Virus record (IMG/VR): IMGVR_UViG_3300034200_001536
Coordinates: 39,215 to 103,214 of that record
Direction: 5' to 3' (one strand)
DNA length: 64,000 bases
From: a virus
Below the pieces are notes generated by a model. The model ran no database searches and was not told the origin of the DNA. It saw only the letters and a list, made by a program, of their open reading frames with translations. Position numbers and translations under genes: made by a program. The first letter of the stretch is position 1, and every line of letters starts with the position of its first letter. Shown here piece by piece: positions 28,579 through 38,399 of this stretch.

Positions 28579-29283
28579 ATGGCATTTTGGTCAAACCCAA
28601 ACTTAAGAGAACCATTACGCCAAAATAGGTGGTATATTACTTTTGGTGATAATTTAATTGAGCAATACGTTTTTGCCCTAAAAGAGTGTTCTAAGCCCGA
28701 ATATAAAATTGAAACAACTTCTCATGTTCTTTTAAACCACACTTTTAATTATCCAAAAAATCTCGTTTGGCAACCAATTACAATTAAGATGGTTTCTGCA
28801 AGAGATAAAGCAAATAATTTAGCTTCTGTTCTGCAAGCAAGATTAGATACTAATGGTTATGTTGTCCCATATTCAACACAAGACCAATTAAAAGAACAAA
28901 ATCAATTATCAAAAGAGTTAATGTCTAAAAGTATGGATTTAAGTCTTTATCAAGTTGATGCCAATGGAGCAAGAATAGAAGAATGGAAATTATATAATCC
29001 TATGATTACGAACGTAAATTACGGTTCATTGTCATATGAGAATGATGGGTTTGTAGATATTTCTTTTACAATAACTTATGATTATGCGGAATGGATGGTT
29101 AATGCTGATACTGGTATAAATGCAAATATTAGATATGTTGATAATAATGGTAATATAACTAATTTGAAATTAGAAAATGCCCCAGAAGAACAAGTAAATA
29201 TTGCAGCAAGGGGGCTTTCTAAAGAAAATGAAGAACCAGTAAGAGTAGGAACGCCCGGCTTTCCTTCTAATTCAAGTAAATAA
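28579..29283 (+). CDS. Second tail tube-like paralog
   Basis: Same MAFWS start and LNHTF, QVDA.G..IEEW.L.NP, YG.L.Y motifs. Confidence 0.8.
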   Translation: MAFWSNPNLREPLRQNRWYITFGDNLIEQYVFALKECSKPEYKIETTSHVLLNHTFNYPKNLVWQPITIKMVSARDKANNLASVLQARLDTNGYVVPYSTQDQLKEQNQLSKELMSKSMDLSLYQVDANGARIEEWKLYNPMITNVNYGSLSYENDGFVDISFTITYDYAEWMVNADTGINANIRYVDNNGNITNLKLENAPEEQVNIAARGLSKENEEPVRVGTPGFPSNSSK

Positions 29284-29286
29284 TAA

Positions 29287-29315
29287 TTTAACATTTTTCT
29301 TTTCGTAAGTATAAT
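29287..29315 (+). promoter_or_regulatory. Sigma70-like promoter
   Basis: TTTAAC-17 nt-TATAAT. Confidence 0.45.
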
Positions 29316-29340
29316 TAAAACAAGAAAGCGTAGGTAATCA

Positions 29341-30195
29341 ATGCGAAACAATTTAGAACGTCTTGGTGCTGATATGAGCAATCAAGATGTTACTGTACCA
29401 CAACAATTAGAAGAATCAAATGATGTAAAAGCAGCACCATTAAGCTTCATAGTCCCAACAGAGTTTGTCTCCCTTCCTTCTAAGGGTTTATTCTATCCGC
29501 AAAATCATCCATTATATGGTAAGGATAGTATTGAAATTAAGCAGATGACTGCTAAGGAAGAAGATATTCTTTCATCCCGAAATCTATTAAAAAAGGGGGT
29601 GGCATTAGATAAGCTTATTCAATCATTGGTTGTTGATAAAAGAATCAATACTGATACTTTAACAATAGAAGACCGTAACGCAATTATTGTTACAGCACGT
29701 ATATCTGCTTATGGAGCAGATTATTTAACAACAGTTGCTTGTCCATCTTGTGGAGAGAAAAGCAAGCATACTTTTAACTTATTAGAAAAAGTTGACGCTG
29801 CCGAACAATTGCAGCCAGTATCAGTAGATGAAAATGGCTTATTTACCGTAACCCTTCCAGCAACTAAATGGAACGTAAAATGTCGTGCATTGAATGGCTA
29901 TGACGAAAAAGCTATTATGCGTCTTACGGAAGCAAAAAAGAATTCTTCAGAAGGCGATTCACTTTTGTTAGAACAACTTAAAATGACTGTTATTTCTATC
30001 AATAATGTTAACGATAAAACTATGATTTCAGATGCGTTAAATGCTCTTCCAGCAAGAGATGCTAAATATTTACGTTCTACCTATCAGAACACCATTAAAG
30101 GTGTAGATATGCGTCATACTTTTAACTGTAAGTCTTGCGATACTCAAACCGAGTTGGAGGTGCCACTGTCCGCAGACTTTTTTTGGTTTAAGTAG
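29341..30195 (+). CDS. Tail/baseplate assembly chaperone (gp26-like)
   Basis: LPSKG, MTAKEEDIL, two CxxC, ends DFFW; lies just before tape measure. Confidence 0.75.
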   Translation: MRNNLERLGADMSNQDVTVPQQLEESNDVKAAPLSFIVPTEFVSLPSKGLFYPQNHPLYGKDSIEIKQMTAKEEDILSSRNLLKKGVALDKLIQSLVVDKRINTDTLTIEDRNAIIVTARISAYGADYLTTVACPSCGEKSKHTFNLLEKVDAAEQLQPVSVDENGLFTVTLPATKWNVKCRALNGYDEKAIMRLTEAKKNSSEGDSLLLEQLKMTVISINNVNDKTMISDALNALPARDAKYLRSTYQNTIKGVDMRHTFNCKSCDTQTELEVPLSADFFWFK

Positions 30196-30358
30196 TGATT
30201 ATCAGCAAAGTATCTACGAAACTTTTTTCTATCTTAAATACTATGGCGGATTCTCGCTTTTTGAGAGTTATAATCTGCCAATAGGTTTAAGAAAATGGTT
30301 TGTAGAAAAACTGCTAGACCAATTAAAGCAGGAAAGTGATGCATATAAGAAGAAGTAA
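30185..30358 (+). CDS. Start-less gp51-like frame reached by frameshift from upstream gene
   Basis: 57 codons GLSSDYQQSIYETFFYLKYYGGFSLFESYNLPIGLRKWF...; no ATG/GTG/TTG back to stop at 30104; T7 run at junction. Confidence 0.7.
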   Translation, partial: GLSSDYQQSIYETFFYLKYYGGFSLFESYNLPIGLRKWFVEKLLDQLKQESDAYKKK

Positions 30359-30362
30359 TTCT

Positions 30363-30397
30363 TGAGCGAGAATAATGTTTCTCGCTCATTTTTTTTT
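30363..30397 (+). terminator. Rho-independent terminator
   Basis: TGAGCGAGAA-TAATGT-TTCTCGCTCA-T9. Confidence 0.9.
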
Positions 30398-30401
30398 GTA
30401 T

Positions 30402-30410
30402 ACTATTTAT
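30402..30410 (+). promoter_or_regulatory. Putative late promoter ACTATTTAT
   Basis: Just after the terminator, before tape measure. Confidence 0.65.
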
Positions 30411-30443
30411 TGTGTAAATCCTTGTTTTGAGAGATAAAAATCT

Positions 30444-32870
30444 ATGGCGACAGAAAAAGAATTAGAACTACAAGAACAATTAAGATTAAAAAAAGAAGAA
30501 TATCTTGCTTTATCAGAAGATATGAAAGAATTGGCTCTTGAAGAAATTCGCTCTTTAAATCAAAAATTAGAACTAGAGCAGCAAATTGCTGTTCAAAGAA
30601 AAGAAGGTCTTAAAATACTAGGAGAAACTATAGGTGAATTAATAGAAGAAAGAAGGCTAACACAAGACAGTGAAAAAGCCGCTAGATTAGATTTAGAGAT
30701 AGCTCAAAAGCGTCTTGAATTTAGCAAAAAACTTTTAGAAGATAAGCAAAAGTCTGGTGCAGCTGATGACAAAGAATTAGAAAAAGCAGCTAAAATAGTT
30801 ACAAGAAGAGAAGAAGAATTAAAAAGTTTAAAACTTCAAAATGAACAATTAAATAAGCAAGAAGAAACAACAAAAAAAATTGAACAATCTAAAGAAAAAA
30901 TTCTATCTTTTGTTAATAAAATAACAGGTGGATACAGCGAACAAATTCGTTCTTTGTTTACCATGGATGGTATTTTTTCTTCTATTGGTAATATGGTAAA
31001 AGAAGTAGTTACTGCCAATGAAAACTTTGCAAAAACAACTGGTAAAGTTAGCACGTTAACTGCCGATTTTGGTAAAGGTTTTGAATCATATGGTATTGGT
31101 TATAAGGAAATGAGTGAATCTTTTGGTACACTTTATACCAACATGGCTTCTTTTTCCAATCTCAGTGAACAAACACAAAAAGATTTATCTGCTAATGCTG
31201 CTAAAATGGCTAATCTAGGCGTTGATGCAGGTACTACTGCTCAAAGCTTTAACATATTAACAAAATCGTTAGGCGTTAATGCTAATGAAGTTGCATCAAT
31301 AAATAATAAGTTAGCTGCTTCTGCCATAGGCGCAGGAATAGCGCCAGCAAAGATGTTAAAAGAATTTGGTTCTGCTATGCCACAATTAGCAGCATATGGC
31401 AAACAAGCGGTAAATGTATTTATTGATTTACAAAAGCAAGCTAAATCTCTTGGCATAGAGATGGGAACTTTGATGGGTATTGTTGGTGACGGTTTTGACA
31501 CTTTTGAAGGTGCAGCAGAAAAAGCAGGTAAGTTAAACGCGATATTAGGTGGAGATTATCTCAATTCAGTAGAAATGTTGAATGCTACAGAGAGCGAACG
31601 AGTAGAGATGTTGAAGCGTTCGTTTGAACAATCGGGAAAAAATTTTGATTCATTAGATAAATTTGAAAAGAAAGCAATAGCTACTTCATTAGGCATTAGG
31701 GACATGAATGAAGCTGGTAAATTGTTTGGTAATACTTCTGCTGAAATGCGTGCAGAAATGCAAAAACAAGCAGCGAGTCAAGAAGAATTAGACAAGTCAC
31801 AAAAAGCTGCCGCTGACACAAATAGACAGTTAATGTTAGCAATGAATGAATTGCTGACAGCCGCTAAACCAATTGCAGAAATTATAAAAACAATAGCTAC
31901 CACAATGGCTGAATATCCTAAAGCCACACTCATTGTTGCAACATTGGTGGCAGCATTTTTTGGATTTGTTAAAATCACAGAATTGATGAATGCCTTTAGA
32001 TTATCAACGTTTTTAGCTGGAAAAACAACAATTGTAGCTGGAGGAGAAATAAACGCTGGTTCAAATCTAGCTAGCCAAGGAATAGGTGCATTGGGAACTG
32101 TTGCGACTATGTCTGCAACTCAAATATTAGCTCTTGGAGCAGCTATTACATTAGTGGGTGTTGGTATTGCAGTGGCAGCTTTGGGAATTGCTCAATTAGT
32201 TGAATCATTCTCTAAATTGAGTGGTGAGCAAATTTTGGGCGCCGTAGCGGCAATCGGCGCTTTGTCGCTAGCAATGTATGGTATAACAGTTGCGTTAGCT
32301 GGCGTTGCTACTGCTTCTGCCGCAGCAGGAACTGCTGCTTTAATTGGTGCTCCCGGTTTATTGGCGCTTGGTGCTGCCATAGCGCTAGTAGGAGCTGGTA
32401 TTGGAGTAGCGGCGTATGGTATGTCATTATTAGTTAAATCAATAAGTGAATTAGTAGACAAAACTGCTAATATATCTAATCTAATCGCTATTTCTAGTGC
32501 AATAAAAGATATTTCAGATGCGATTATGGAAATGCCCGACAACAAAGAATTTAATGCGAAAGTAACAACATTAAAGACAGTTGCAGAAACAATTACTGTT
32601 GCTGCTGATAAATCTCCATCATTAAGCGCAGCAACGCAGTTCGTTGCTGCTGCAAAAGATTATCACATCGCTCAAAAAGATTCTAAAGCATCAGACCAAG
32701 ATGCATTGGTAGCAGCAATAAAAGGAATAGCTCCTTCTGGTGGTACTTCTACAACTGGATTAGCTTCAGGAACACCAGTAATAATAAAGATAGAAAATGG
32801 TAAAGACTTAGTTGGCATGGTTATGGGCCGTCAAGCAGGTACATTTAGCCCAGTAGGAAGCTACAAGTAA
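30444..32870 (+). CDS. Tape measure protein
   Basis: Long helical Ala/Gly-rich protein with hydrophobic segments; follows chaperone genes. Confidence 0.85.
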   Translation: MATEKELELQEQLRLKKEEYLALSEDMKELALEEIRSLNQKLELEQQIAVQRKEGLKILGETIGELIEERRLTQDSEKAARLDLEIAQKRLEFSKKLLEDKQKSGAADDKELEKAAKIVTRREEELKSLKLQNEQLNKQEETTKKIEQSKEKILSFVNKITGGYSEQIRSLFTMDGIFSSIGNMVKEVVTANENFAKTTGKVSTLTADFGKGFESYGIGYKEMSESFGTLYTNMASFSNLSEQTQKDLSANAAKMANLGVDAGTTAQSFNILTKSLGVNANEVASINNKLAASAIGAGIAPAKMLKEFGSAMPQLAAYGKQAVNVFIDLQKQAKSLGIEMGTLMGIVGDGFDTFEGAAEKAGKLNAILGGDYLNSVEMLNATESERVEMLKRSFEQSGKNFDSLDKFEKKAIATSLGIRDMNEAGKLFGNTSAEMRAEMQKQAASQEELDKSQKAAADTNRQLMLAMNELLTAAKPIAEIIKTIATTMAEYPKATLIVATLVAAFFGFVKITELMNAFRLSTFLAGKTTIVAGGEINAGSNLASQGIGALGTVATMSATQILALGAAITLVGVGIAVAALGIAQLVESFSKLSGEQILGAVAAIGALSLAMYGITVALAGVATASAAAGTAALIGAPGLLALGAAIALVGAGIGVAAYGMSLLVKSISELVDKTANISNLIAISSAIKDISDAIMEMPDNKEFNAKVTTLKTVAETITVAADKSPSLSAATQFVAAAKDYHIAQKDSKASDQDALVAAIKGIAPSGGTSTTGLASGTPVIIKIENGKDLVGMVMGRQAGTFSPVGSYK

Positions 32871-32887
32871 AGTAGGAAGAAAACATT

Positions 32888-33643
32888 ATGGCACAAGGCT
32901 TAGGGACATTGTTGAGCAACACTAATAAAGTATATAAAATACAGATATATTCTTTTTCGAATGGTTCGTTTTCTGGTGCTACACCTACAATAGAATTTCC
33001 TGCGTTCATAACTGATTTTACAGACTCTTTTAAATCTGATTGGAAAAAGGAATCAGTTTATGGAAGAATGGACCCAATATCTATTTTTAAAAGCACAACT
33101 AGAAACATAAGCATATCATTTGATATTCCAAATGAATCTGTACAGGTAGCCAAAGATAATATGAGAAATATAGATTTTCTTATAAGAGGCTTATACCCAG
33201 TTTATACAAATGGTGCTTTGGGAACAAGAGTTATTTCTTCTCCTCCGATGTTTAGAGTAAAATTTGCTAATTTGATTTCTAATGTTACGGCAACAGGTGA
33301 TGATGTAACATTAAGAACTGGTTTGTTATGCTATATCCCAAGTTTTGATTTTAAGCCAAAGGTTGATAGCGGATTTTTTATTGAAGGTGCAACAATATTA
33401 CCAAAATTAGTTTCTGCAACTTTGAATTTAGAAATCGTTCATGAACATTCACTTGGAAATCAAATAGATTCATCTGGCAAGCTTGTACCAAGAGTGAATA
33501 TTGTTAGTGGCAGCTATCCTCATAATGTCCCAAACGACCCTCCCCCACAACGAATAGAGCCTTCTACTTCAACTACCACTCAAGCTACAACAACTACACA
33601 AGATGCTCAACAGGGAGCAGCTGAAGCTAAAATTACAGCATAG
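32888..33643 (+). CDS. Baseplate/tube-initiator-like protein
   Basis: FTDSFKSDWKKESVYGRMDPI; position after TMP. Confidence 0.6.
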   Translation: MAQGLGTLLSNTNKVYKIQIYSFSNGSFSGATPTIEFPAFITDFTDSFKSDWKKESVYGRMDPISIFKSTTRNISISFDIPNESVQVAKDNMRNIDFLIRGLYPVYTNGALGTRVISSPPMFRVKFANLISNVTATGDDVTLRTGLLCYIPSFDFKPKVDSGFFIEGATILPKLVSATLNLEIVHEHSLGNQIDSSGKLVPRVNIVSGSYPHNVPNDPPPQRIEPSTSTTTQATTTTQDAQQGAAEAKITA

Positions 33644-33653
33644 CTAATTAATT

Positions 33654-33992
33654 ATGATAAACAGATATAAAAATAGAAAAGTCTATAATAACGATTTAGA
33701 TTCTTATAAAGAAGTTTTTAGAAATAGGAATGTAAAATTCATTAATCAATATTCTACTCCAAGATTTGAATTTCCAACAGCAGAAGAGATGGCAAATTTA
33801 AACATCGTTAAGCATATTTGGAAAGAGGGAGATAGATATTATAAATTAGCAGAGAAGTATTATGGCGATTCCCGTGATTGGTGGATTATCGCTAAATTTA
33901 ATCAATTACCTACTGAAAATCATATACAAGTTGGTGATATAATAAACATTCCGTTACCTTTGAATCTTATATTACAATATATGGTAGGTTAA
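33654..33992 (+). CDS. LysM-like baseplate wedge protein (gp53-like)
   Basis: EGDRYYKLAEKYYGDSRDWWIIAKFN...GDIINIP. Confidence 0.8.
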   Translation: MINRYKNRKVYNNDLDSYKEVFRNRNVKFINQYSTPRFEFPTAEEMANLNIVKHIWKEGDRYYKLAEKYYGDSRDWWIIAKFNQLPTENHIQVGDIINIPLPLNLILQYMVG

Positions 33993-33996
33993 AAAC

Positions 33997-36900
33997 ATGG
34001 CTTTGACACCAGAACAAGTTACACAAATTAATAACACGCTTTTAACAAAATTAAATGGTGGCGAGTTTTTAAAAGATTTAAATAATCTTGAAAAAGTAGT
34101 TCAAATTAGAAATGCTTGGCTTGGACAAGCGGGAGGAGAATATACATATGCCATAGTTCCTGACAATATGATAGATTCTCTAACTCCGGAACGAAAAGCA
34201 TTTTACGACGAGGCCGTTAAAAATGCAAATATAATTGTTGATAGATATATAACAAGTATGATAGCGGCAGGTCGTCAAAAAGAAATAACCAAAGCAACAA
34301 ATGAAACCACTTTTAATAGTATTGTAGATAGTGTTGCAAATAGTGTTTCAGATAACACCCTCGCCGCTGCACAAGCTATTGATACAATGGTATTTAGTGG
34401 TTTATTAGGATTAAGCAAAAAACCAGAAGAAACTCCCGAACAAAAAGCAAAGCAAGCAAAAGAAAACCGTCTTAGCGAACAGGCTGCTTTGATACTTACA
34501 ATGGATGATATCCTGCAAGGTATAGTTAAAGGCGGGACAACAAATGAGTCGTCTGAAACCAATAGAGTATCTCAATTAAATAGAGTTTATAAAAATTTCG
34601 CAGTTATACGTTATGAAAAAGATACTCCAACAGGACACTTTTTCTTAACTAACAATTTTACAAGAACAGAAGGGATGAATATATTATTTGAACAACTGCC
34701 CCCACAAGTTCTATCACTATTAGTTCCCTCTATTAAACTTTATAAAACATTCTATCCAGTTGCCCCAGCCTCTTTTGCAGAAGCTCCATCAAAAGATATT
34801 AAAGGTTACGAATGGAGAATACCTTTTGATGATACACCGGTAAGTTATGAAAATGAAACAAGCGAGTTTGTTGTACAGGATATAGATAAAATATTAGATG
34901 GTCACGGCTCTTTTCACGGAGTTGGAATTAAAACATTTTCATATCACTACAAAGGTACAAATCCAGCAGAAATAAATACAAACATCGAAGCAACTCTAGA
35001 ATTATTTTTTCAAAATCCAGAAGAACTAGTTAAAGAAATAGCTATTAATTTTAATGACCCTAGATTTAAAATAAAACCGCCATCTAACAACGGTTTTGAT
35101 AAAGTTAAATTTTCATATCTTGATATAATCAATGGGGCATCAAGAACAATTAAAGACGTTTATGGTGAAAAATTTAATAATGAATATTATAAAATAAAAA
35201 TCGAATGTGGATATACCGATATTAATGTTGATATGTTCAAAGAATTATTGAGAAATACTTCTAAGAGCGATTATTCAAAATTTAGTGAAGCAGAAATACA
35301 ACAATTACTAACTGCCATTAATGCCTCTAAAGTTAATCTTAATTTAACTCCTTATAATTATGATATTAATTTTAATAAAGATGGTACTATCAATTTAAAA
35401 ATCAACTTTGTTGCTTCTATGGACACAACACTTTCTTCTCCAGAAGCAGATTTGTTTTCTATTGCCAAAGAAACAAAAGCTCTTAAAAAGTTTGTAAAAC
35501 AGTTTAATGATTATTTGGACGTAATCCAAAAACAAAAAGTTAATATTAACGGTGAACAGAATCCTTGCAAAAATGTTGATGAGTTGAAAAAAGATTTAGA
35601 AGAATTTAAAAAAACATACGGTAAAGAATTTGCTCATTTAAAACAAGAAGACTTAGAAGAACAACTAAATTTAGCAAGAAAATATGTCTACAATAGTCTC
35701 TTTAATTATCTTGTTGGAAAAGAATTATTAGATGGTAAACATCCTCAATCAATAAATCCTAAAATATATGTTGCATTATTTAAACCAGATATTCTAGGTG
35801 TAAAAAATGCTGATAGTGAAAATTCAACTGAAAAAAGAATAATGGCATTAAAAAACAGTAATCAGCTTTTAGGCGTTGAGCCACTATTTGATGAAAACGA
35901 GATTTCTACTCTTATCGTAAGTAAAGAACAACAAAAAACTAGTTCTCAAGCACCAGAGCAAGCTGATGTTGCCTTAAGTTCTCTAGATGATAGAATAAAT
36001 AAAAATTACGAAACAGCGCAATTTTATAAAGTTAAATTTATTTTATTAGGTGACATATTAGATATTGCTCTAGAATGTTTAAATAACATTTCACCAATTA
36101 CCGAATCGCCAAGAATTGTTATTGGTGGTATTCCGATTGCAATTCCTACTAAAATAGTGGAAAGCTATGGCGCCAGCGTTATTGCTGAATTGGCAGAAAC
36201 ATTTCCCAATCTGGCGGATATCCCAATTTCTTTTAATTTATTCCAAGAATTTATGATTGAGCATATCGTTAGACCTAAAAAAGAACGTTATCCAATCATA
36301 CAGTTTATTAAAGATATAATCTCCGATTTAATTATACCTGCAATTTCTCCAACAGTATTTGGACAATCATCAGCTATTAATGCATCAATTAGATTTTCAT
36401 CAGCATATTTTACATTTGATGCACCAAATGGAACAGACCTAATAAGTGGAAAAGGTCTTACCGACAAACAATATCCAAGAACTATAAATGATGAAGTAAT
36501 AAAAGACATAAATGCTTATGCCAACAATGGAGGTTTAAAAAGTAAACCTTCTGAAAGTAGCAAGGTTGCAACAAAAGAAGATACCACACAAAATGTAGAT
36601 TACATGTTCATTACATGCACCAGTAGGTTTCCTAAAACTTATCAAGGCAATGAAGTAGACGATAAAAATAAAGGTGTGTTACATATTAGAATGGGGACTG
36701 ATAGCGGAATAGTAAAAGAAATTAATTTCAGCAAATCACCAACTCCCTATTTAAGAGAAATGGTTGCTCGTCGAGAAGGTAATGGAAAAGGTACTTCTAT
36801 AAAACAAGTTTATAATGCTACCGTAGAAATGTTTGGAAATAACATATTCCGTCCCGGCGATTATATATATATCCATCCATTATTTACTTTTGGCTCTTCT

Positions 36901-37089
36901 GGAAGAACGTTAGATTTGGAAAATGTTTTAGGAGTTGGTGGTTATTATTTAGTTACCGATGTAAAGACGGATATAAGCGATATGTCTTTTAAGACTTCTA
37001 TAAAGTGTTCTTTTCAAGCGCACGTTGAAAAGGATTCAAAAAACAAACCGGCTAAAGTTGTAAGAATAAACGAACCTTGCGCTACATAA
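33997..37089 (+). CDS. Large baseplate hub-like protein
   Basis: C-terminal VEMFGNNIFRPGDYIYI...GGYYLVTDV resembles hub proteins. Confidence 0.55.
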   Translation: MALTPEQVTQINNTLLTKLNGGEFLKDLNNLEKVVQIRNAWLGQAGGEYTYAIVPDNMIDSLTPERKAFYDEAVKNANIIVDRYITSMIAAGRQKEITKATNETTFNSIVDSVANSVSDNTLAAAQAIDTMVFSGLLGLSKKPEETPEQKAKQAKENRLSEQAALILTMDDILQGIVKGGTTNESSETNRVSQLNRVYKNFAVIRYEKDTPTGHFFLTNNFTRTEGMNILFEQLPPQVLSLLVPSIKLYKTFYPVAPASFAEAPSKDIKGYEWRIPFDDTPVSYENETSEFVVQDIDKILDGHGSFHGVGIKTFSYHYKGTNPAEINTNIEATLELFFQNPEELVKEIAINFNDPRFKIKPPSNNGFDKVKFSYLDIINGASRTIKDVYGEKFNNEYYKIKIECGYTDINVDMFKELLRNTSKSDYSKFSEAEIQQLLTAINASKVNLNLTPYNYDINFNKDGTINLKINFVASMDTTLSSPEADLFSIAKETKALKKFVKQFNDYLDVIQKQKVNINGEQNPCKNVDELKKDLEEFKKTYGKEFAHLKQEDLEEQLNLARKYVYNSLFNYLVGKELLDGKHPQSINPKIYVALFKPDILGVKNADSENSTEKRIMALKNSNQLLGVEPLFDENEISTLIVSKEQQKTSSQAPEQADVALSSLDDRINKNYETAQFYKVKFILLGDILDIALECLNNISPITESPRIVIGGIPIAIPTKIVESYGASVIAELAETFPNLADIPISFNLFQEFMIEHIVRPKKERYPIIQFIKDIISDLIIPAISPTVFGQSSAINASIRFSSAYFTFDAPNGTDLISGKGLTDKQYPRTINDEVIKDINAYANNGGLKSKPSESSKVATKEDTTQNVDYMFITCTSRFPKTYQGNEVDDKNKGVLHIRMGTDSGIVKEINFSKSPTPYLREMVARREGNGKGTSIKQVYNATVEMFGNNIFRPGDYIYIHPLFTFGSSGRTLDLENVLGVGGYYLVTDVKTDISDMSFKTSIKCSFQAHVEKDSKNKPAKVVRINEPCAT

Positions 37090-37095
37090 TATTTT

Positions 37096-38391
37096 ATGAC
37101 CATACCACAAACAAACCAAATTAATAAACCATTAGGCAAAAATTCTGTTTCTTCACTTTATGTTTTATTTGAAGATAGAAATTATTATCATGATTTTGTT
37201 ATTCCTGCTATAATTCAAAATTTTGGTTTTGTACCATTTGGAGATTTAATCAAAGAAAATTCTTTATTTGGCTTAATAGACCAAAACTTAAATGTCATAA
37301 CTCCTGATAGTACCTTCTTAAAACCAATTCCGTCTGCCGATAATGAACAAAGATTAGTTATGGATTTTGTTGCTGACGCTTTTATAGAGATGAATAATTA
37401 TTTAGCATCAGCAGTTGTATTAGGTAAACTATCTAAGAATAGCCCATATTTTAATTTAAAAGCATATAAAAGTTATTTAAATGTCGGAACAGTAGTTATA
37501 GAATCGCAGCTAAGGTCATCAAATAAATTTAATGATTATGCAATTTCTAATAAGTCTTTATATTCTTCTATAACTGATGAAGACGTTTTCAACAAAAAAT
37601 ATATTGATTATATAAAAACACAAATAAAGAACAATTTTGTGATAACAAAAAGTGGTATTGTATTATCAACAAACTTTTTTAATTTTATTAGCGGTTTAGT
37701 TATAGATATCGCCAAAGATAAAGCGGATAACGATACAGTAAAATATGATAAATATTTAAACGTTAATGATTTTGATTGTTTTCGTGATGCCTGTAAGCGA
37801 TTTGGTTTTAAGATAGACGTTAATGTTCCTTGGAGAATATACGCTGATTTAAATTCACCAGCTATGAAAGAAAAAACTGGTAATCACATAGGTTATATGC
37901 AAAGATATAATTTAGGCGGTGTAACGGATTTATTCTCAAAAAGATATTTAGAAACGTATATAGAAGAAATCGAGCATTTAAAAAATTATTTTTATAATTC
38001 ATATTCAAACTTTATGATAAATAACCCATATTATGAATTGGATTATAGTAAATTAGAATCTTGTGATTTCAGAAAAGGCGTTGTAAGAAAAAGAGATTTA
38101 ATTACAAGAGAACAGTATTATCAAAAATTTCCTGATACATATTGGCTACGTCTTTACACCTATTTTAGAAATTACGAGACAAGAAAAGGCTTGACGCAAC
38201 AGCAATTTGAAAATATAGTTCGTGAAGCTAATAATTACGTTAAAGCGGGAAAAAACTTATTTGCCTTAACGTTTATAAATGACTATTTTAAAGAGTTTAA
38301 AGATGTACAATATCTTTCTTCTTTACAGGCTAACAACAAAGTAGTAGAACAGAAAGCGCAAAGTAGATTCTCGCCTGACCTAATATTTTAG
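37096..38391 (+). CDS. Hypothetical protein at end of tail module
   Basis: 431 aa ORF; no recognised motif. Confidence 0.6.
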   Translation: MTIPQTNQINKPLGKNSVSSLYVLFEDRNYYHDFVIPAIIQNFGFVPFGDLIKENSLFGLIDQNLNVITPDSTFLKPIPSADNEQRLVMDFVADAFIEMNNYLASAVVLGKLSKNSPYFNLKAYKSYLNVGTVVIESQLRSSNKFNDYAISNKSLYSSITDEDVFNKKYIDYIKTQIKNNFVITKSGIVLSTNFFNFISGLVIDIAKDKADNDTVKYDKYLNVNDFDCFRDACKRFGFKIDVNVPWRIYADLNSPAMKEKTGNHIGYMQRYNLGGVTDLFSKRYLETYIEEIEHLKNYFYNSYSNFMINNPYYELDYSKLESCDFRKGVVRKRDLITREQYYQKFPDTYWLRLYTYFRNYETRKGLTQQQFENIVREANNYVKAGKNLFALTFINDYFKEFKDVQYLSSLQANNKVVEQKAQSRFSPDLIF

Positions 38392-38399
38392 AGGAAAAC

